Shown here in pieces: positions 36,273 through 49,215 of a stretch of DNA of 64,000 nt (the first letter of the stretch is position 1; each line of letters begins with the position of its first letter). The stretch is taken from positions 17,486,001-17,550,000 of the forward strand of contig NC_086109.1 in the NCBI RefSeq assembly GCF_963921235.1, in the 5' to 3' direction. The position numbers and the translations under genes were made by a program. This DNA comes from Mobula hypostoma (Eukaryota). Under the pieces are notes generated by a model. It was not told the origin of the DNA. It saw nothing but the letters and a program-made list of their open reading frames with translations, and searched no databases.

Positions 36273-37867
36273 AGTTTGCAGGGAATGCATGGAATGAAAG
36301 GACTGAAAATTCTGCAGGCAGAAGAGATTTCATTTGGCATAATGTTCAACACATATCATGGGTGGAGGTGTCTGTTCCTGAGTGGTACTGTTTCTATGTT
36401 CTAATAATGGATGTTTGGAGAAAGGCAACATTTTTGCTTCCCTTTTGTGTTAATACCAAAAGGCCCTAAAATGATAGTTGAAGATCTCTCACAAATAAAA
36501 CCATTGTACTGGCAATGAGAAGCCTGACTACTTTCCCATGAGGCAGTGCAGGTTGGGCATCACTGAGATAAATGACCAATGGCATGAGTCTGGGGTTATT
36601 GCATTGGAGGTGAGAAATAAATTTATTAGAACTTGACCAATCAGCGCTGACAACTTTATTAAGATGTAATTTCACTTCAGTGTAGGAACATCATCTTAGA
36701 CAGACAATGTGCATTTCTATGGAGTCAGAAACCCTCAGATGTTTAATTAGTGAAATTTAGACAGTTCACCTCCAGCAGATTTGGTACTCCACAGAGAAAG
36801 CAGAGGCAGATTGTGCCTCAGGAATCTACACGTGATTGTATTCTTTGTAAACCAATCTAGATTTGTTTTTCTAGTTCAAACAGCAATTAAAAACTATTAC
36901 GTAATAGATATTTAACCCTTGGGCAGACTTATTACCAGAGAAAAATCTTGTTCTCCATTTCTGAGGCTTGTTAATTGATGAAGGATCAAGAGCAGAACAA
37001 ACTGAAGCAAAGTAGGGAGAAGCGGAGGGTTGGAGCCATGGTAATATTTACACAGTGACTGGTGATATTTGATGCTCTTTTCGGAAATTCCTCAAACAAT
37101 GGAACAATGCGTCAGTTAACATCAGCTCTATGGTGTGCATTCCAGGAAGGTTCCTTATTTTGATTATTTGGTCAGAAGACATCTGTCACCTAGTTTTAGC
37201 ACCCTGGATTAGGGAAGAGAAATAATAAAATTTGGTTCCTCATTCCTTCTTGATATTTGCATAGTTAATTTGTAATGTTGGGTGCAGGGTGCTTGGAGGG
37301 TGCCAAATCAAAAACCCAGTGCAATTCCTTTGAACTCCGTGGGCAGTACTGTGGGAACGCTGTACTGCTGGATGTGCCTTGTTTTGGATGAGATATGTTA
37401 CAGCAAGGAAACAGGCCATTTGGCCTAACTCATCCACACTGACTTTTGGGCACTCTTCTGTATCGACCCATCACTCAGATATTGACCCACAGCCCTTTAT
37501 GCTCAGGTGACTCACCTGCTCATCTGGAAACTTCTTCAATGATGTCAGCCACCCAACTTCAACCACTCTCTCGCTCAGTGCATTGCAGGTACTTACTACT
37601 CTCTAGGTGAAGAAGTTCAAAGTTCAACGTGGCACATGTGGTAGCGGACGGTGCATCAGGAGCCCTATGCAATTCCCATGAACTTCCTTGGTCAGGACTG
37701 TGGGAATGCTGCTCTACTGGACGCGCTGCTTTCTGGATGAGATGCGAAACCACCTTTTCTTTGTAATGATTCTGCTGAAGGGCAGGGGAATTGATCCCGG
37801 ATCCCAGATGATATTTGTCCCTCAGCTGGCATTTCAAAGTAACGATGACCCGTTCATTGTCTCCCCA

Positions 37868-38215
37868 AACAGGCTCTTCTCTCCCAGTTGAAGGAAGGTC
37901 AGCAAGCTCCTGGTGGGCAAAGGAAACACTTCAAAGATAACATCAAAATCAGCGTGAAGAAATTCAACATTACATCCGAAAACTGGGAAGAGATTGCACT
38001 CAGTGGATTCACCCTGGAGGAGGAGGGAGCTGAGCTACATGAGAACGACCTCCGCTTGCCACAGAGGACAAGTGGCAGCTGTAAAAGGAGAGACTGAACA
38101 ATCAAAAGACCTGACCACAGCCACCATTTACTTTTGTCCACACTGCACCAGAATATGTGGACCTCTGAATGGCCTCTACAGCCACTCGAGGACCCACCAA
38201 TAGACAACCTCTTAG
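37868..38215 (+). mobile_element. RTE-clade LINE C-terminal fragment with C2H2 zinc-finger remnant
   Basis: GGQRKHFKDNIKISVKK...WEEIA and FCPHCTRICG..GLYSHSRTH. Confidence 0.75.
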
Positions 38216-38350
38216 AGGAGATATCAAAGGATATGGCGAGAAGGCGGGTGTATAGGGTTGATTGGGATCCGGGATCAGCCATGATGGAATGGCAGAGCAG
38301 ACTCGATGGGCTGAGTGGACTAATTCTGCTCCTATGTCTTATGGTCTTAA

Positions 38351-38430
38351 GAGGGATTCCCAACCTGGGGTCCACAGACCCCTCAGTTAATGGTAAGGCT
38401 CCATGGGATAAAAAAGTTTGGGAACCCCTG
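38351..38430. mobile_element. ~80-bp hAT MITE
   Basis: gggattcccaacct...gtttgggaacccctg TIRs; same family as 45875-45955 and 17201-17243. Confidence 0.75.
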
Positions 38431-39274
38431 CCTTAGAAAAACATCATACTCGACTCAAGTGTTGATATTAATTCTAATTGTGAGAGCTTGCTCCTCACAT
38501 ATCTGCAAGCCTGTTTCCTGCATTACGACAATAAGATATTGCTGGAGGATTTAATTTGCTCTAAAACTCACATAGTCATGTAGGTAAAGTCCTTCATTAA
38601 GCATTGATTGATTTTCAACGTGAAACTTCTATAGTTCAAACAGTTCCTGATTGCATCATAGTCACCATTCACTGAGCCTTTTGAGAAAGTCATATTTCTC
38701 ATAAAACACAGCAACAAAACAGAATGGACTTCAGAGCTGTAAATCTACGCCTCAGATCCACCCACTGTTTATCTCCTCTGACACTTGGACTAATGAAACT
38801 AGAACTGTAGTCTGCCTGTTAAATGGATTCTGCAAATCTTGGCAGTGCTACCTTGCATTTCTATCATTCCAGTTTGAAAATGCTTGTCATAAAAGACAGA
38901 AGAAAAAGAGATTTATTGCATTGGGCACAAGGTATGACTTTAAAAAAAAACAAAACTTCTCGTGTTTTGACAGTTCAAGAACCCAGTAGGTCATTAAAGG
39001 ACTCAGTGCAATGCTGAAACATTATATATTATTGAGTAACTCATAATCTAAGGGGCAAAGTTGAAAGCAAGGCAAGCGGCAGATGGAGTTCAATGTGTGA
39101 TGTCAAGAAATTAGGTGAGGACATCAATCACACTTTGGTGCTTGAAGTAATAAGACAAGAGGCCTGGTGATTTTGATTGGCAGTTCACTAAAACTGTTGA
39201 AGAAAGTAAATACTGAGTGAGAGGAAGGACATGTAGGATCGGAAAAGGGTTCTGGCATCTTTGCCTTTCTTTTA

Positions 39275-39690
39275 ACATATGAGCAACGTTTGTCCGCTCT
39301 TGGACTGTATCCCTTGGAGTTTAGAAGAATGAGGGGAGACCTCATAGAAACACTTCGAATTTTGAAAGGCATGGACAGGGTGGATGTGGCAAAGTTGTCT
39401 CCCATGGTGGGGGAGTCTAGTACGAGAGGGCATGACTTAAGGATTGAAGGGCGCTCATTCAGAATCCATGGAATTTGTTGCCACAGGTGGCAGTGGAGGC
39501 CAAGTCATTGGCTGTATTTAAGGCAGAGATTGATAGGTATCTGAGTAGCCAGGGCATCAAAGGTTATGGTGAGAAGGCGGGGGAGTGGGACTAAATGGGA
39601 GAATGGATCAGCTCATGATAAAATGGCAGAGCAGACTCGATGGGCTGAATGGCTGACTTCTGCTCCTTTGTCTTATGGTCTTATGGTCTT
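39275..39690 (+). mobile_element. CR1 LINE 3' fragment
   Basis: ORF 39290..39544 LEFRRMRGDLIET; (CTTATGGT)n tail. Confidence 0.9.
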
Positions 39691-42600
39691 TTTCAGTCCT
39701 GAAGAAAGGTCTCAGACCAAAACGTTGGCTATCTCGTTATTTCCATAGATGCTGTCTGACCCGTGAGTTCGTTCAGCATTTTGTGTGCATTACTTTGACA
39801 GTATAGATCCTTGGCAGAGAGGGATGCTAATAACAGCGCAGAATAAAGTGTAACAGCTACAGAGAAAGTGCAGTGCAGGTAAAGAATAAGGCACGAGATC
39901 CTATTGAGTTCGATCATGAGAATCAAAATCAGCTGCCTGACCTGCTGAATTCCTCCACCATTTTGCACGTGTTGCTTTGGATTTCCAGCATCTGCAGAAT
40001 CTCAGTACTTATGATGTGAAATTTGTTATTTTATGGAGCAGCACAGTGAATACATAATAAATAATAAATCACAATAAGAAATACATATCTTTTTAATTTA
40101 AAAAACAAAACAAACTACATATTTTATTAATTAGAAGCTAGATTAAAAACTTAAAAATTAAAATATAAAATGGTCTTAAAAATTATATACAAAAGTTAAG
40201 TTGAAATAAATACAAGTATATATATATATTTAAAATTATATATTAAACAATCTAATAAAAAGACTAGCTATTGTACTAGGAAACTATTTACTAATCAATT
40301 TACTAGCTGTGCAGCAGAAGCTGCCCTTGGTATGTGCTTTCAGGCTTTTGTATCTTCTGCCCAATGGGACAGGAGAGAAGAGGAAATGTTCATGCAGGTG
40401 AGGTCTGCTTTGATTATGCTGGCTGCTTTACTGAGGCAGCAAGAAGTATGCTTTTACATTTAAGAAGTTGCTAGACACGGACTTGGATTGCCAAGGCACA
40501 GAAGACTTGGACCCACAGTGGATAAATAGATTATATAGATTAATGCAGAGGTCTGTTGTGGGCCAAATAATCTGCTCCTGCATTTTACAATTTCATGACT
40601 CTATGTATACCTGTGACCATGTCCATTATCTCTAGGTTAGGTTGAGGATGAAGTCTTGGATGAAACAATCTCTTGAGATTAACCCTGTCACTTCCTCTTT
40701 GAATTTTGAATGACTCAGTAGGTTACAATGAGGTATGTTAGTTACATTGCAGTTGAATCCAAGGAAGAAGCTTGTAGGTTGAAGTCACGCTCAAGAGATG
40801 TGAGCGCAAGCTCTGTCCCGAAGGATCTGCTCCATTTCTGTCAGGAACCCATTGGAGGTATCATTCTTTTGGATTAAGGTTAAATCAAGATGATGCCTAA
40901 CCTCTTGAGTGGATTGTAAATTATCCTGTAACACTAATGAAATGACAGCACTGAAGTTCTCCTCGCTGTTCTGGCCCATGTTCATCTTCCAACCAGCACA
41001 TTATTTAATAATTATAGTGTTTCAAAAGAACGGTCACATTCCTGAAGTACTTCATTGTCCATGAAATACTTTGGGAGTATTCTGAGACCATGAACCGTGC
41101 CACACAAGTGCCTTTTATGTTGCCACATTATGAAAGGAATGTTCCATTTATTAGCTTTTGTTTATTTTGGAGAGCAGATGTAAAAGAAAGAATCGGTTCA
41201 TGTATTTTATTGGGCAGTTTCTGTTCCATGTATTCCTCACTTCCAAGACTGCTTTCATCCTAGGGTGTGCTTGAAATGGACACAAAGGTCCTGGGAAATC
41301 TATTTAATGGAGAGGAGAGAGGAAGTCCTTCAACAGCTGAACTAGCAGCAACTTTCAGCTCTGATACTAAAGATGCTTTGTGGCTGCATATGTCTGCAAG
41401 ACCTAATGCACTACTGAACACAAAGTGCGGCAAGTTTATGTCACGTTAATCCTCACTGAAAGTATTTAAGAAAACACGTTGCGGTGTGGGTTTAAAAGAT
41501 TTGGCCAGCAGCCTGGTTTAATTTTAGAACTCGTTTCTTTTATCCACTGTGGGGAGAAGACCTGTGTGATCTACTGTAACGGTGTTCAGCACCCTTAATT
41601 TTACACTTCTGATTGGTAATCAGTGCGTCGACATTCTATAAGGACAGTGCTGGATACGACTTTGATGTTCCCATCAGAGGGAGGGGAGGTTACTAAGGAA
41701 GGCAACATTACTGGGAAAAGGCAGGATAATGCGGTCGAGACAGAAAATCAATCAGCCATGATGAGACCATAAGACTTAGGAGCAGAATTAGGCCATTCTG
41801 CCCATCAAGTCTGTTCCGCAATTCCATCATGGCTGATTTATTATCCCTCTCGACCCTATTCTGCTTTCTCCCTGTCACCTTTGATGCATTGACTAATCAA
41901 GAACATATCAACCTCTGCTTTAAATATACCCAATGATTTGGCCTCCACAGTTATCTTTGGCAATGAATTTCAATGATTTACTACCCCCTGCCTAAAGAAA
42001 CTCCTCCTCATCTCTGTTCTAAAGAGATGTCCTTCTATTATGAAGCTGTGCTGTCTGGTCATAGATTCCCTCTCATTCTTCTAAACTCCGGCCGGCGAAT
42101 ACAGGCCCAGGGCCTTCAAACACTTACCCTACGTTAACCCTTTCATTCTTGGGATCAGGATTTATAATGATTGACAGCAAAGTAGGGAAGAAACCAGAGG
42201 AAGAGGTGCTAAATGATTGGCTTCATTCTCAACAAGGTGAGTTCCTCGACCCTGTTGTTGGGTATGTGAGTGATAGATGGTGCAGAGTGGGACTAAAAAC
42301 TGGATCTGGTATTTATCTGTCAGACCAAAATGAAATTGTTGAAAGATGTGAGTTTGAGTGACTTAGCAACACTGTGACATCATAAATAATGCATACAACT
42401 CAGACTGGATAAAAATAAAACAAAAAGTGGGTAGTCTTTTTGTTATTTTGTGATTGGTTACTTTTGCAGCTTTATTCACTGTTTCCACAAAGATTAACAA
42501 CTCCTGAGCAACATGCACAAAATGCAGGAGGACCTCAGCAGGTCTGGTGGGATCTATGGAACTGAATAGATAGTCAGGTTTGGGGCTGAGACCCTTCTTC

Positions 42601-43453
42601 AGGACTGAGGAGGAAGGGGAAAGGTGCCAGAATAAAAAGGTGTCGGGGGGAGGGGAAGGAGGCTAGCTGGAAGGTGATAGGTGAAGCCAGATGGGTGGGA
42701 CAGGTCTAGCGCTGGATAAGAAGGAATCTGATAGAAGAGGAGGCTGGACCATAGGAGGGAGTACGGGAGAAAGGGAATCCGGGGAAAAATAATAGACAGG
42801 TGAGATGAGGTAAAAGGTCAGAGTGGGGAGTAGATGGGGTGGGGGGAGGAAGTTTGCTTACCGGCAGGTGAAATCAATATTCATACCATCAGGTTGGAGG
42901 CTACCCAGAAGGAATATAACGTGTTCCTCCTCCACCTTGGTACAAGAAGAGGCCATGAATTGACACGTTAGAACATGAATGGGAATGGGAATTAAAATGC
43001 TTGACCACTGGAAAGTCTCACCTGTGACGGATGGTGCGGGGATGCATCACAAAGCGATCCACCAATTTACCATGGGTCTCACCAATGTAGAGGAGGCTGC
43101 ACCGGGAGCACCTTTCGTGATAGACGACCCCACAGATTCACAGGCAGAGTGTTGCCTCACCTGGAAGGACTGTCTGGTTCCATGAATGGAGGTGAGGGGG
43201 GAGGTGTGTGGATAAGTTTGGCACTTAGGCTGCTTGCAGTGATGAGTGGCGGGAGGTGTTCAGTGGGGAGGAACGAATGGACAGGGGAAACGCAGAGAGG
43301 GTGATCCCTGAGGAAAGCGCAGAGGGGTGGGGGGAGGTAAAGATATGTTTAGTGGTAGAATCACTTTGGAGATGGTGGAGGTTGCGGAGGATAATGTGTT
43401 GAATGTGGAGGCTGATGGGGTGGCAGGTAAGGACGAGTGGAACTGTCATTCTT

Positions 43454-43728
43454 TTTTTTAGCGTGGGCGTGTGTGCGATGTTGGCGGGATGATGTCTTTT
43501 TCATGCCTTTACGAGGCGCTGAGCGAGAGAGAGACTGTGTGGCGTGCCACTCCTCACACAGAAATTTCACAATATTTTTCCCCTTTATTTTACAAGGTCA
43601 AGTTGCGATCTTGACACTCAATCCAGCACGGATGGAAAACATACTCGGGAGCGGACCTGACTGGATTCGAACTCGGGTACCTCCATTCCAGAGTCCGGCG
43701 CTGATGTCATTGCGCCACCAGCCGGCCC
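43454..43728 (-). mobile_element. Young tRNA-derived SINE with 15-bp TSD and poly(A) end
   Basis: A box TGGTGGCGCAATG, B box GTTCGAATCC; TSD GGAACTGTCATTCTT at 43439-43453 and 43729-43743. Confidence 0.92.
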
Positions 43729-43856
43729 GGAACTGTCATTCTTAAGGTGTTGGGAAGATGGAGTAAGTGTGGATGTATTGGGAAATGGAGGAGATGTGGG
43801 TGAGGGCAGCATCAATAGTGGAAGGAGGGAAACCCTGTTCTTTGAAGAAGGAAGAC

Positions 43857-45141
43857 ATCATGAAGACCATAGAAAGACTTGTTCTGGAGCTGCTCCGGCC
43901 TATGGTCAGGCCACACTTAGATCTCCTCCAGTTCGCCTACCAGCACCGACTAGGAGTTGAGGATGCCATCATCTACCTGCTGAACCGTGTCTACGCCCAC
44001 CTGGACAAGCCAGCGAGCACGGTGAGGGTCATGTTTTTTGACTTCTCCAGTGCATTCAACACCATCCGCCCTGCTCTGCTGGGGGAGAAGCTGACAACAA
44101 TGGATTCTTGATTACCTGACTGGCAGACCACAGTACGTGTGCTTGCAACACTGTGTGTCCGACAGAGTGATCAGCAGCACTGGGGCTCCACAGGGGTCTG
44201 TCTTGTCTCCCTTTCTCTTCACCATTTACACCTCAGACTTCAACTACTGCACAGAGTCTTGTCATCTTCAGAAGTTTTTGGATGACTCTGCCATAGTTGG
44301 ATGCATCAGCAAGGCAGATAAGGTTGAGTACAGGGCTACTGTAGGAAACTTTGTCACATGGTGTGAGTAGAATTATCTGCAGCTTAATGTGAAAAAGACT
44401 AAGGAGCTGGTGGTAGACCTGAGGAGAGCTAAGGTACCGGTGACCCCTGTTTTCATCCAGGGGGTCAGTGTGGACATGGTGGAGGATTACAAATACCAGT
44501 GGATACGTATTGACAATAAACTGGACTGGTCAAAGAACACTGAAGCTGTCTACAAGAAGGGTCAGAGCCGTCTCTATTTCCTGAGGAGACTGAGGTCCTT
44601 TAACATCTGCCGGACGATGCTGAGGATGTTCTATGAGTCTGTGGTGGCCAGAGCTATCATGTTTGCTGTTGTGTGCTGGGGCAGCAGGCTGAGGGTGGCA
44701 GACACCAACAGAATCAACAAACTTATTCGAAAGGCCAGTGATGTTGTGGGGATGGAACTGGACTCTCTCACGGTGGTGTCTGAAAAGAGGATGCTGTCCA
44801 AGTTGCATGCCATCTTGGTCAATGTCTCCCATCCACTACATAATGTACTGGTTGGGCACAGGAGTACATTCAGCCAGAGACTCATTCCTCCAAGATGCAG
44901 CACAGAGCGTCATAGGAAGTCATTCCTGCCTGTGGCCATCAAACTTTACAACTCCTCCCTTGGAGGGTCAAACACCCTGAGCCAATAGGCTGGTCCTGGA
45001 CTTATTTCATAATTTACTGGCATAATTTACATATTACTATTTAACTATTTATGGTTCTATTACTATTTATTATTTATGGTGCAACTGTAACGAAAACCAA
45101 TTTCCCCCGGGATCAATAAAGTGTGACTATGACTATGACTA
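43857..45141 (+). mobile_element. Rex1/Babar LINE, 5'-truncated
   Basis: FFDFSSAFNTI, TGAPQGSVLSPFLF, KFLDDSAIVG, KKGQSRLYFLRRLRSF; (CTATGA)n tail. Confidence 0.95.
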
Positions 45142-45874
45142 TGTCCTGCAATGGAAGGCCACATACCGGCAAGGAAATTGAGAAAAGGGAATAGCATTTT
45201 TCCAGGAGATGGGGTGGGAAGAGGTATAATGAAGCTTGCTGTGGGAATCGATAGTTTTATAAAAGTTGTTGGTTGACAGTTTGTCTCCAGAGATGGAGAC
45301 AAAAAGATCGAGAAAGGATAGGGTGGTGCCAGAGATGGCCCAAGTGAATTTAAGGTCAGGGTAGAAGTTAGAGGCAATGCTGATAAAACTGACGAGCTCA
45401 GCATGGGTGCATGAAGCAGCACCATTGTCATTAACAGTGTGGTGGAGGAAGAGTTGGGGAGTATAACTGGGGAAGACTTCGACCAAGGACTGTTCTATAT
45501 AGCCTCCGTCACTTTGGTTGGTATGCAGTAGAAAGTTAAGATGAGAAAGCAGAAAGGTTTCACTGTGGACAGGATCAGAAAGTGCAAAATACAGGGAAGT
45601 GTGAATGGACCTCAATCTACTTCGGAAAGTCAATTGTAGAACAAATCCTTGGGCTAAGAGAGGTACCGTTTGAGTAAAGGAAGAGTATCATTCTGGAAAT
45701 TTAATCCTAAACCCAGGCATCATCTTCTACTCAGAATCCAACTCACCAAACTTAAATCTAAGTTTGTTCTGGTGAAGGCTCCTGTTAGTTCTGTAAATAA
45801 ATGTACTGCTACACATTGCAAGCAACAAAGATGCCAAGTGTCATGGGGTACAGTATGCTGACTAGTCTCTAATG

Positions 45875-45955
45875 CAGGGGTTTGCAGCCTTTTTTATGCC
45901 ACAGAGTCTTGCAATTAACCAAGGGGTTCGTGGGCTCCAGGTTGGGAAACCTCTG
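45875..45955. mobile_element. ~80-bp hAT MITE with 8-bp TSD
   Basis: TSD CTCTAATG / CTCTAAAG; CAGGGG.../...CTCTG ends. Confidence 0.8.
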
Positions 45956-47356
45956 CTCTAAAGGGTAAATGATCCCAGCTAGATTTTACCATAAGGCATT
46001 GGTCCATTGAGTCTGTTCCACTATTCCATCATGGCTGCTTTATTATCCCTCTCAATCCTATTCACCTGCCTTCTCCCCATAACCTTTGACATCCCTTCTA
46101 AGAATCCACTTTAAGTATACTTAATGACTTGGCCTCCGCAGTCATCTGCGGCAATGAATTCCACAGATTCACCACCCTCTGACTAAAGAAATTCCGGCTC
46201 ACCTCTGTTCTAAAAGGACGTCCTTCTATTCTGAAGCTGTGCCTTCTGGTCTGAGAATCACCCACAGCAGGAGACACGCCCACTCTATCCAGGCCTTCCA
46301 ATATTTGAAAGGTTTCAATGAGATCCCCCTCATTCTTCTCAACTCCAGCGAGTACAGGCCCAGAGCCATCAATCAGTATGCCGGGCAGAGGTGGGAGAGG
46401 GGAGCACTTGGAATTTAAAGTTAGTGCCAGTATGCTCCAAACACTGCACCTTAGCAACCAGAGTATTCTGTAAAAGAAAAATCAGACAGGTGGTAACCAA
46501 TTTGTACAACATCTAGATAAGTATCAAGACGTGTTGCTGTTTATCACTAATTCTGTCTGATTTCCTTCATTGTTTTAAAAGGTGCAACTTTGCAAAGATT
46601 CTTCCTTTCTAACGCAATAGTTGTTGACTCATTGCAGAGTGTAAAACATGCTCCCACCTGGCCTTTGTGAGTCAGACACTGTCTAAGTTTGGAGGTTGCA
46701 GCTTAAGTTCAAAGGAGATGCTTTGAGATCTTTAAGAGTGGTCACCCAGCCGTGTGAGGCAGGGCAAAGGAAGGCTCACAGCTGCGCATTCTTCACTTAA
46801 GATTTGGTCAATGATTGTACGTCTTGAAGTTCAGGGCGATGAGGCATACCTCCTTAGCCTGTCAGTCAGTGGCATCACACACACGCGTCACCGGGGATGA
46901 ATCAACTGATAAAAGCACTGAGAGACATGTTCCAGCGTGGATTAGATGCACTTCAATGAAAGTTGTTTTGATAACGAGTTAAAATGAAGTATTTTGTACA
47001 CCTGGTGGAGCAGGTTAACTATCTCTGTGCTGAAAATGATCTCACGACATGTGGCGCCATGGTAGTGTAGGCATTTAGCGCGGCGCTGTTACAGCTCGGG
47101 ATGGTTCAGAGTTCAGTTCCACCACCGTCTGTAGGGAGTTTGTACATTCTCTCTCTGACCGCATCCGTTTGCTCTACGTGCTCTGGCTTCCTCCCACAGC
47201 CCAAAGAAGCACTGGTTACTAGGTTAATTGGTCATCGTAAATTGTCCTGTGATGAGGCTAGAGTTAAATAGATGGGCTTCCAGTGGTGTGACTCATTGGG
47301 CCAGAAGGGCCTTTTCTGCACGGCATCTCGACATAAAATAAATTATTTCTGAAATA

Positions 47357-48421
47357 TTACTTGAAACGGGACCTTTTCAGAATGGCAGGCGGTGACTAGT
47401 GGGGTACCGCAAGGCTCAGTGCTGGGACCCCAGTTGTTTACAATATATATTAATGACTTGGATGAGGGAATTAAATGCAGCATCTCCAAGTTTGCGGATG
47501 ACACGAAGCTGGGTGGCAGTGTTAGCAGTGAGGAGGATGCTAAGAGGATGCAGGGTGACTTGGATAGGTTGGGTGAGTGGGCAAACTCATGGCAGATGCA
47601 ATTTAATGTGGATAAATGTGAAGTTATCCACTTTGGTGGCAAAAATAGGAAAACAGATTATTATCTGAATGGTGGCCGATTAGGAAAAGGGGAGGTGCAA
47701 CGAGACCTGGGTGTCATTATACACCAGTCATTGAAAGTGGGCATGCAGGTACAGCAGGCGGTGAAAAAGGCGAACGGTATGCTGGCATTTATAGCGAGAG
47801 GATTCGAGTACAGGAGCAGGGAGGTACTACTGCAGTTGTACAAGGCCTTGGTGAGACCACACCTGGAGTATTGTGTGCAGTTTTGGTCCCCTAATCTGAG
47901 GAAAGACATCCTTGCCATAGAGGGAGTACAAAGAAGGTTCACCAGATTGATTCCTGGGATGGCAGGTCTTTCATATGAAGAAAGACTGGATGAACTGGGC
48001 TTGTACTCGTTGGAATTTAGAAGATTGAGGGGGGATCTGATTGAAACGTATAAGATCCTAAAGGGATTGGACAGGCTAGATGCGGGAAGATTGTTCCCGA
48101 TGTTGGGGAGGTCTAGAACGAGGGGTCACAGTTTGAGGATAGAGGGGAAGCCTTTTAGGACCGAGGTTAGGAAAAACTTCTTCACACAGAGAGTGGTGAA
48201 TCTGTGGAATTCTCTGCCACAGCAAACTGTTGAGGCCAGTTCATTAGCTATGTTTAAAAGGAAGTTAGATATGGCCCTTGTGGCTACAGGGGTCACGGGG
48301 TATGGAGGGAAGGCTGGGTTCTGAGTTGGATGATCAGCCATGATCATAATAAATGGCGGTGCAGGCTCGAAGGGCCGAATGGCCTACTCCTGCACCTATT
48401 TTCTATGTTTCTATGTTTCTA
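47357..48421 (+). mobile_element. Young CR1 LINE, 5'-truncated, uninterrupted RT C-terminal ORF (47392-48324)
   Basis: SGVPQGSVLGP, FADD, QRVVNLWNSLP; (TTTCTATG)n tail; probable TSD TGAAATA at 47350-47356 and 48422-48428. Confidence 0.96.
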
Positions 48422-48771
48422 TGAAATAGTTGTGGTGTTCATTTGCAATACTTGTAGGACGTGGACTGTGTCCAACCTATGGACTCACTTCCAAAGACTC
48501 TACAACTCATGTTCTCAGTATTATTTATTATTAATTTGTATTTGCACATTGGTTGTTTGTCAGTCTTTGTGTGTAGTTTCTCATTGATTCCATTGGATTT
48601 CTTTGTTCTACTGTGAATGCCTGCAAGAAAATGTACATAGTGACATATATGTACTTTGATAATAAATTTACTTTGAACTTTGAAATGTTAAAACTTAATT
48701 TCATGAACAAAAGTCTCTGGGCTCATTTCAAATTCAGAGCAAAGGCCAAGTTGAGGCCAGTGAGACAAACA

Positions 48772-48828
48772 CACTCTGTGGCCACTTTATTAGGTACAGG
48801 ATGCATCTAATAAAGTGGCCACTGGGTG
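48772..48828. mobile_element. TIR-only Tc1 mini-hairpin
   Basis: cactctgtggccactttattagg...ctaataaagtggccactgggtg; matches the left hairpin of the Tc1 at 21730-21786; another copy at ~49083-49137. Confidence 0.8.
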
Positions 48829-49215
48829 TATATATTCAAACTGCAGTTGACTTCAGTGTTAGCATGCTTCATCAATACCGACTTGCAGGATGTCATGGTC
48901 ATGTCAGGAGTCTCTGATCCTGAGCCTATAAGACAGACCAAAGAGCAATACAGTGGAAACCACCTCTAAGTGGAGTACCATACTGACTAGGTTATTTATT
49001 GCATTACTTCTTCATCCATATCCTGGAATTCCTTTTGCATCCCACCACCACCAGGATTCATGGAGCATGGATAGACAATAGACACTCAGTGACCACATTA
49101 TTGGTTACGCTCTGTACCTAATAAAGTGGCCACTGTGTTTACATTTGTGGTCTTCTGCTGCTCTAACTCATCCATTTAAAGGTTCGAGATTCAGAGATAC
49201 AAATACACTCACTGA

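Larger units (their letters stand above)
42510..45505 (-). mobile_element. Penelope-like element carrying two nested insertions
   Basis: ORF 45139..45633 SFLDLFVSISGDKLSTNNFYKTIDSHSKLHYTSSHP (PLE RT C-terminus); VPLVLTCHP at 43225..43449; terminus with hammerhead remnant at ~42570-42607. Confidence 0.88.

Noticed and set aside
43650..43728. tRNA gene
   Set aside because: tRNA-like head continues into a SINE body with A-tail and TSD; the same applies to other heads such as ~63900-63960.
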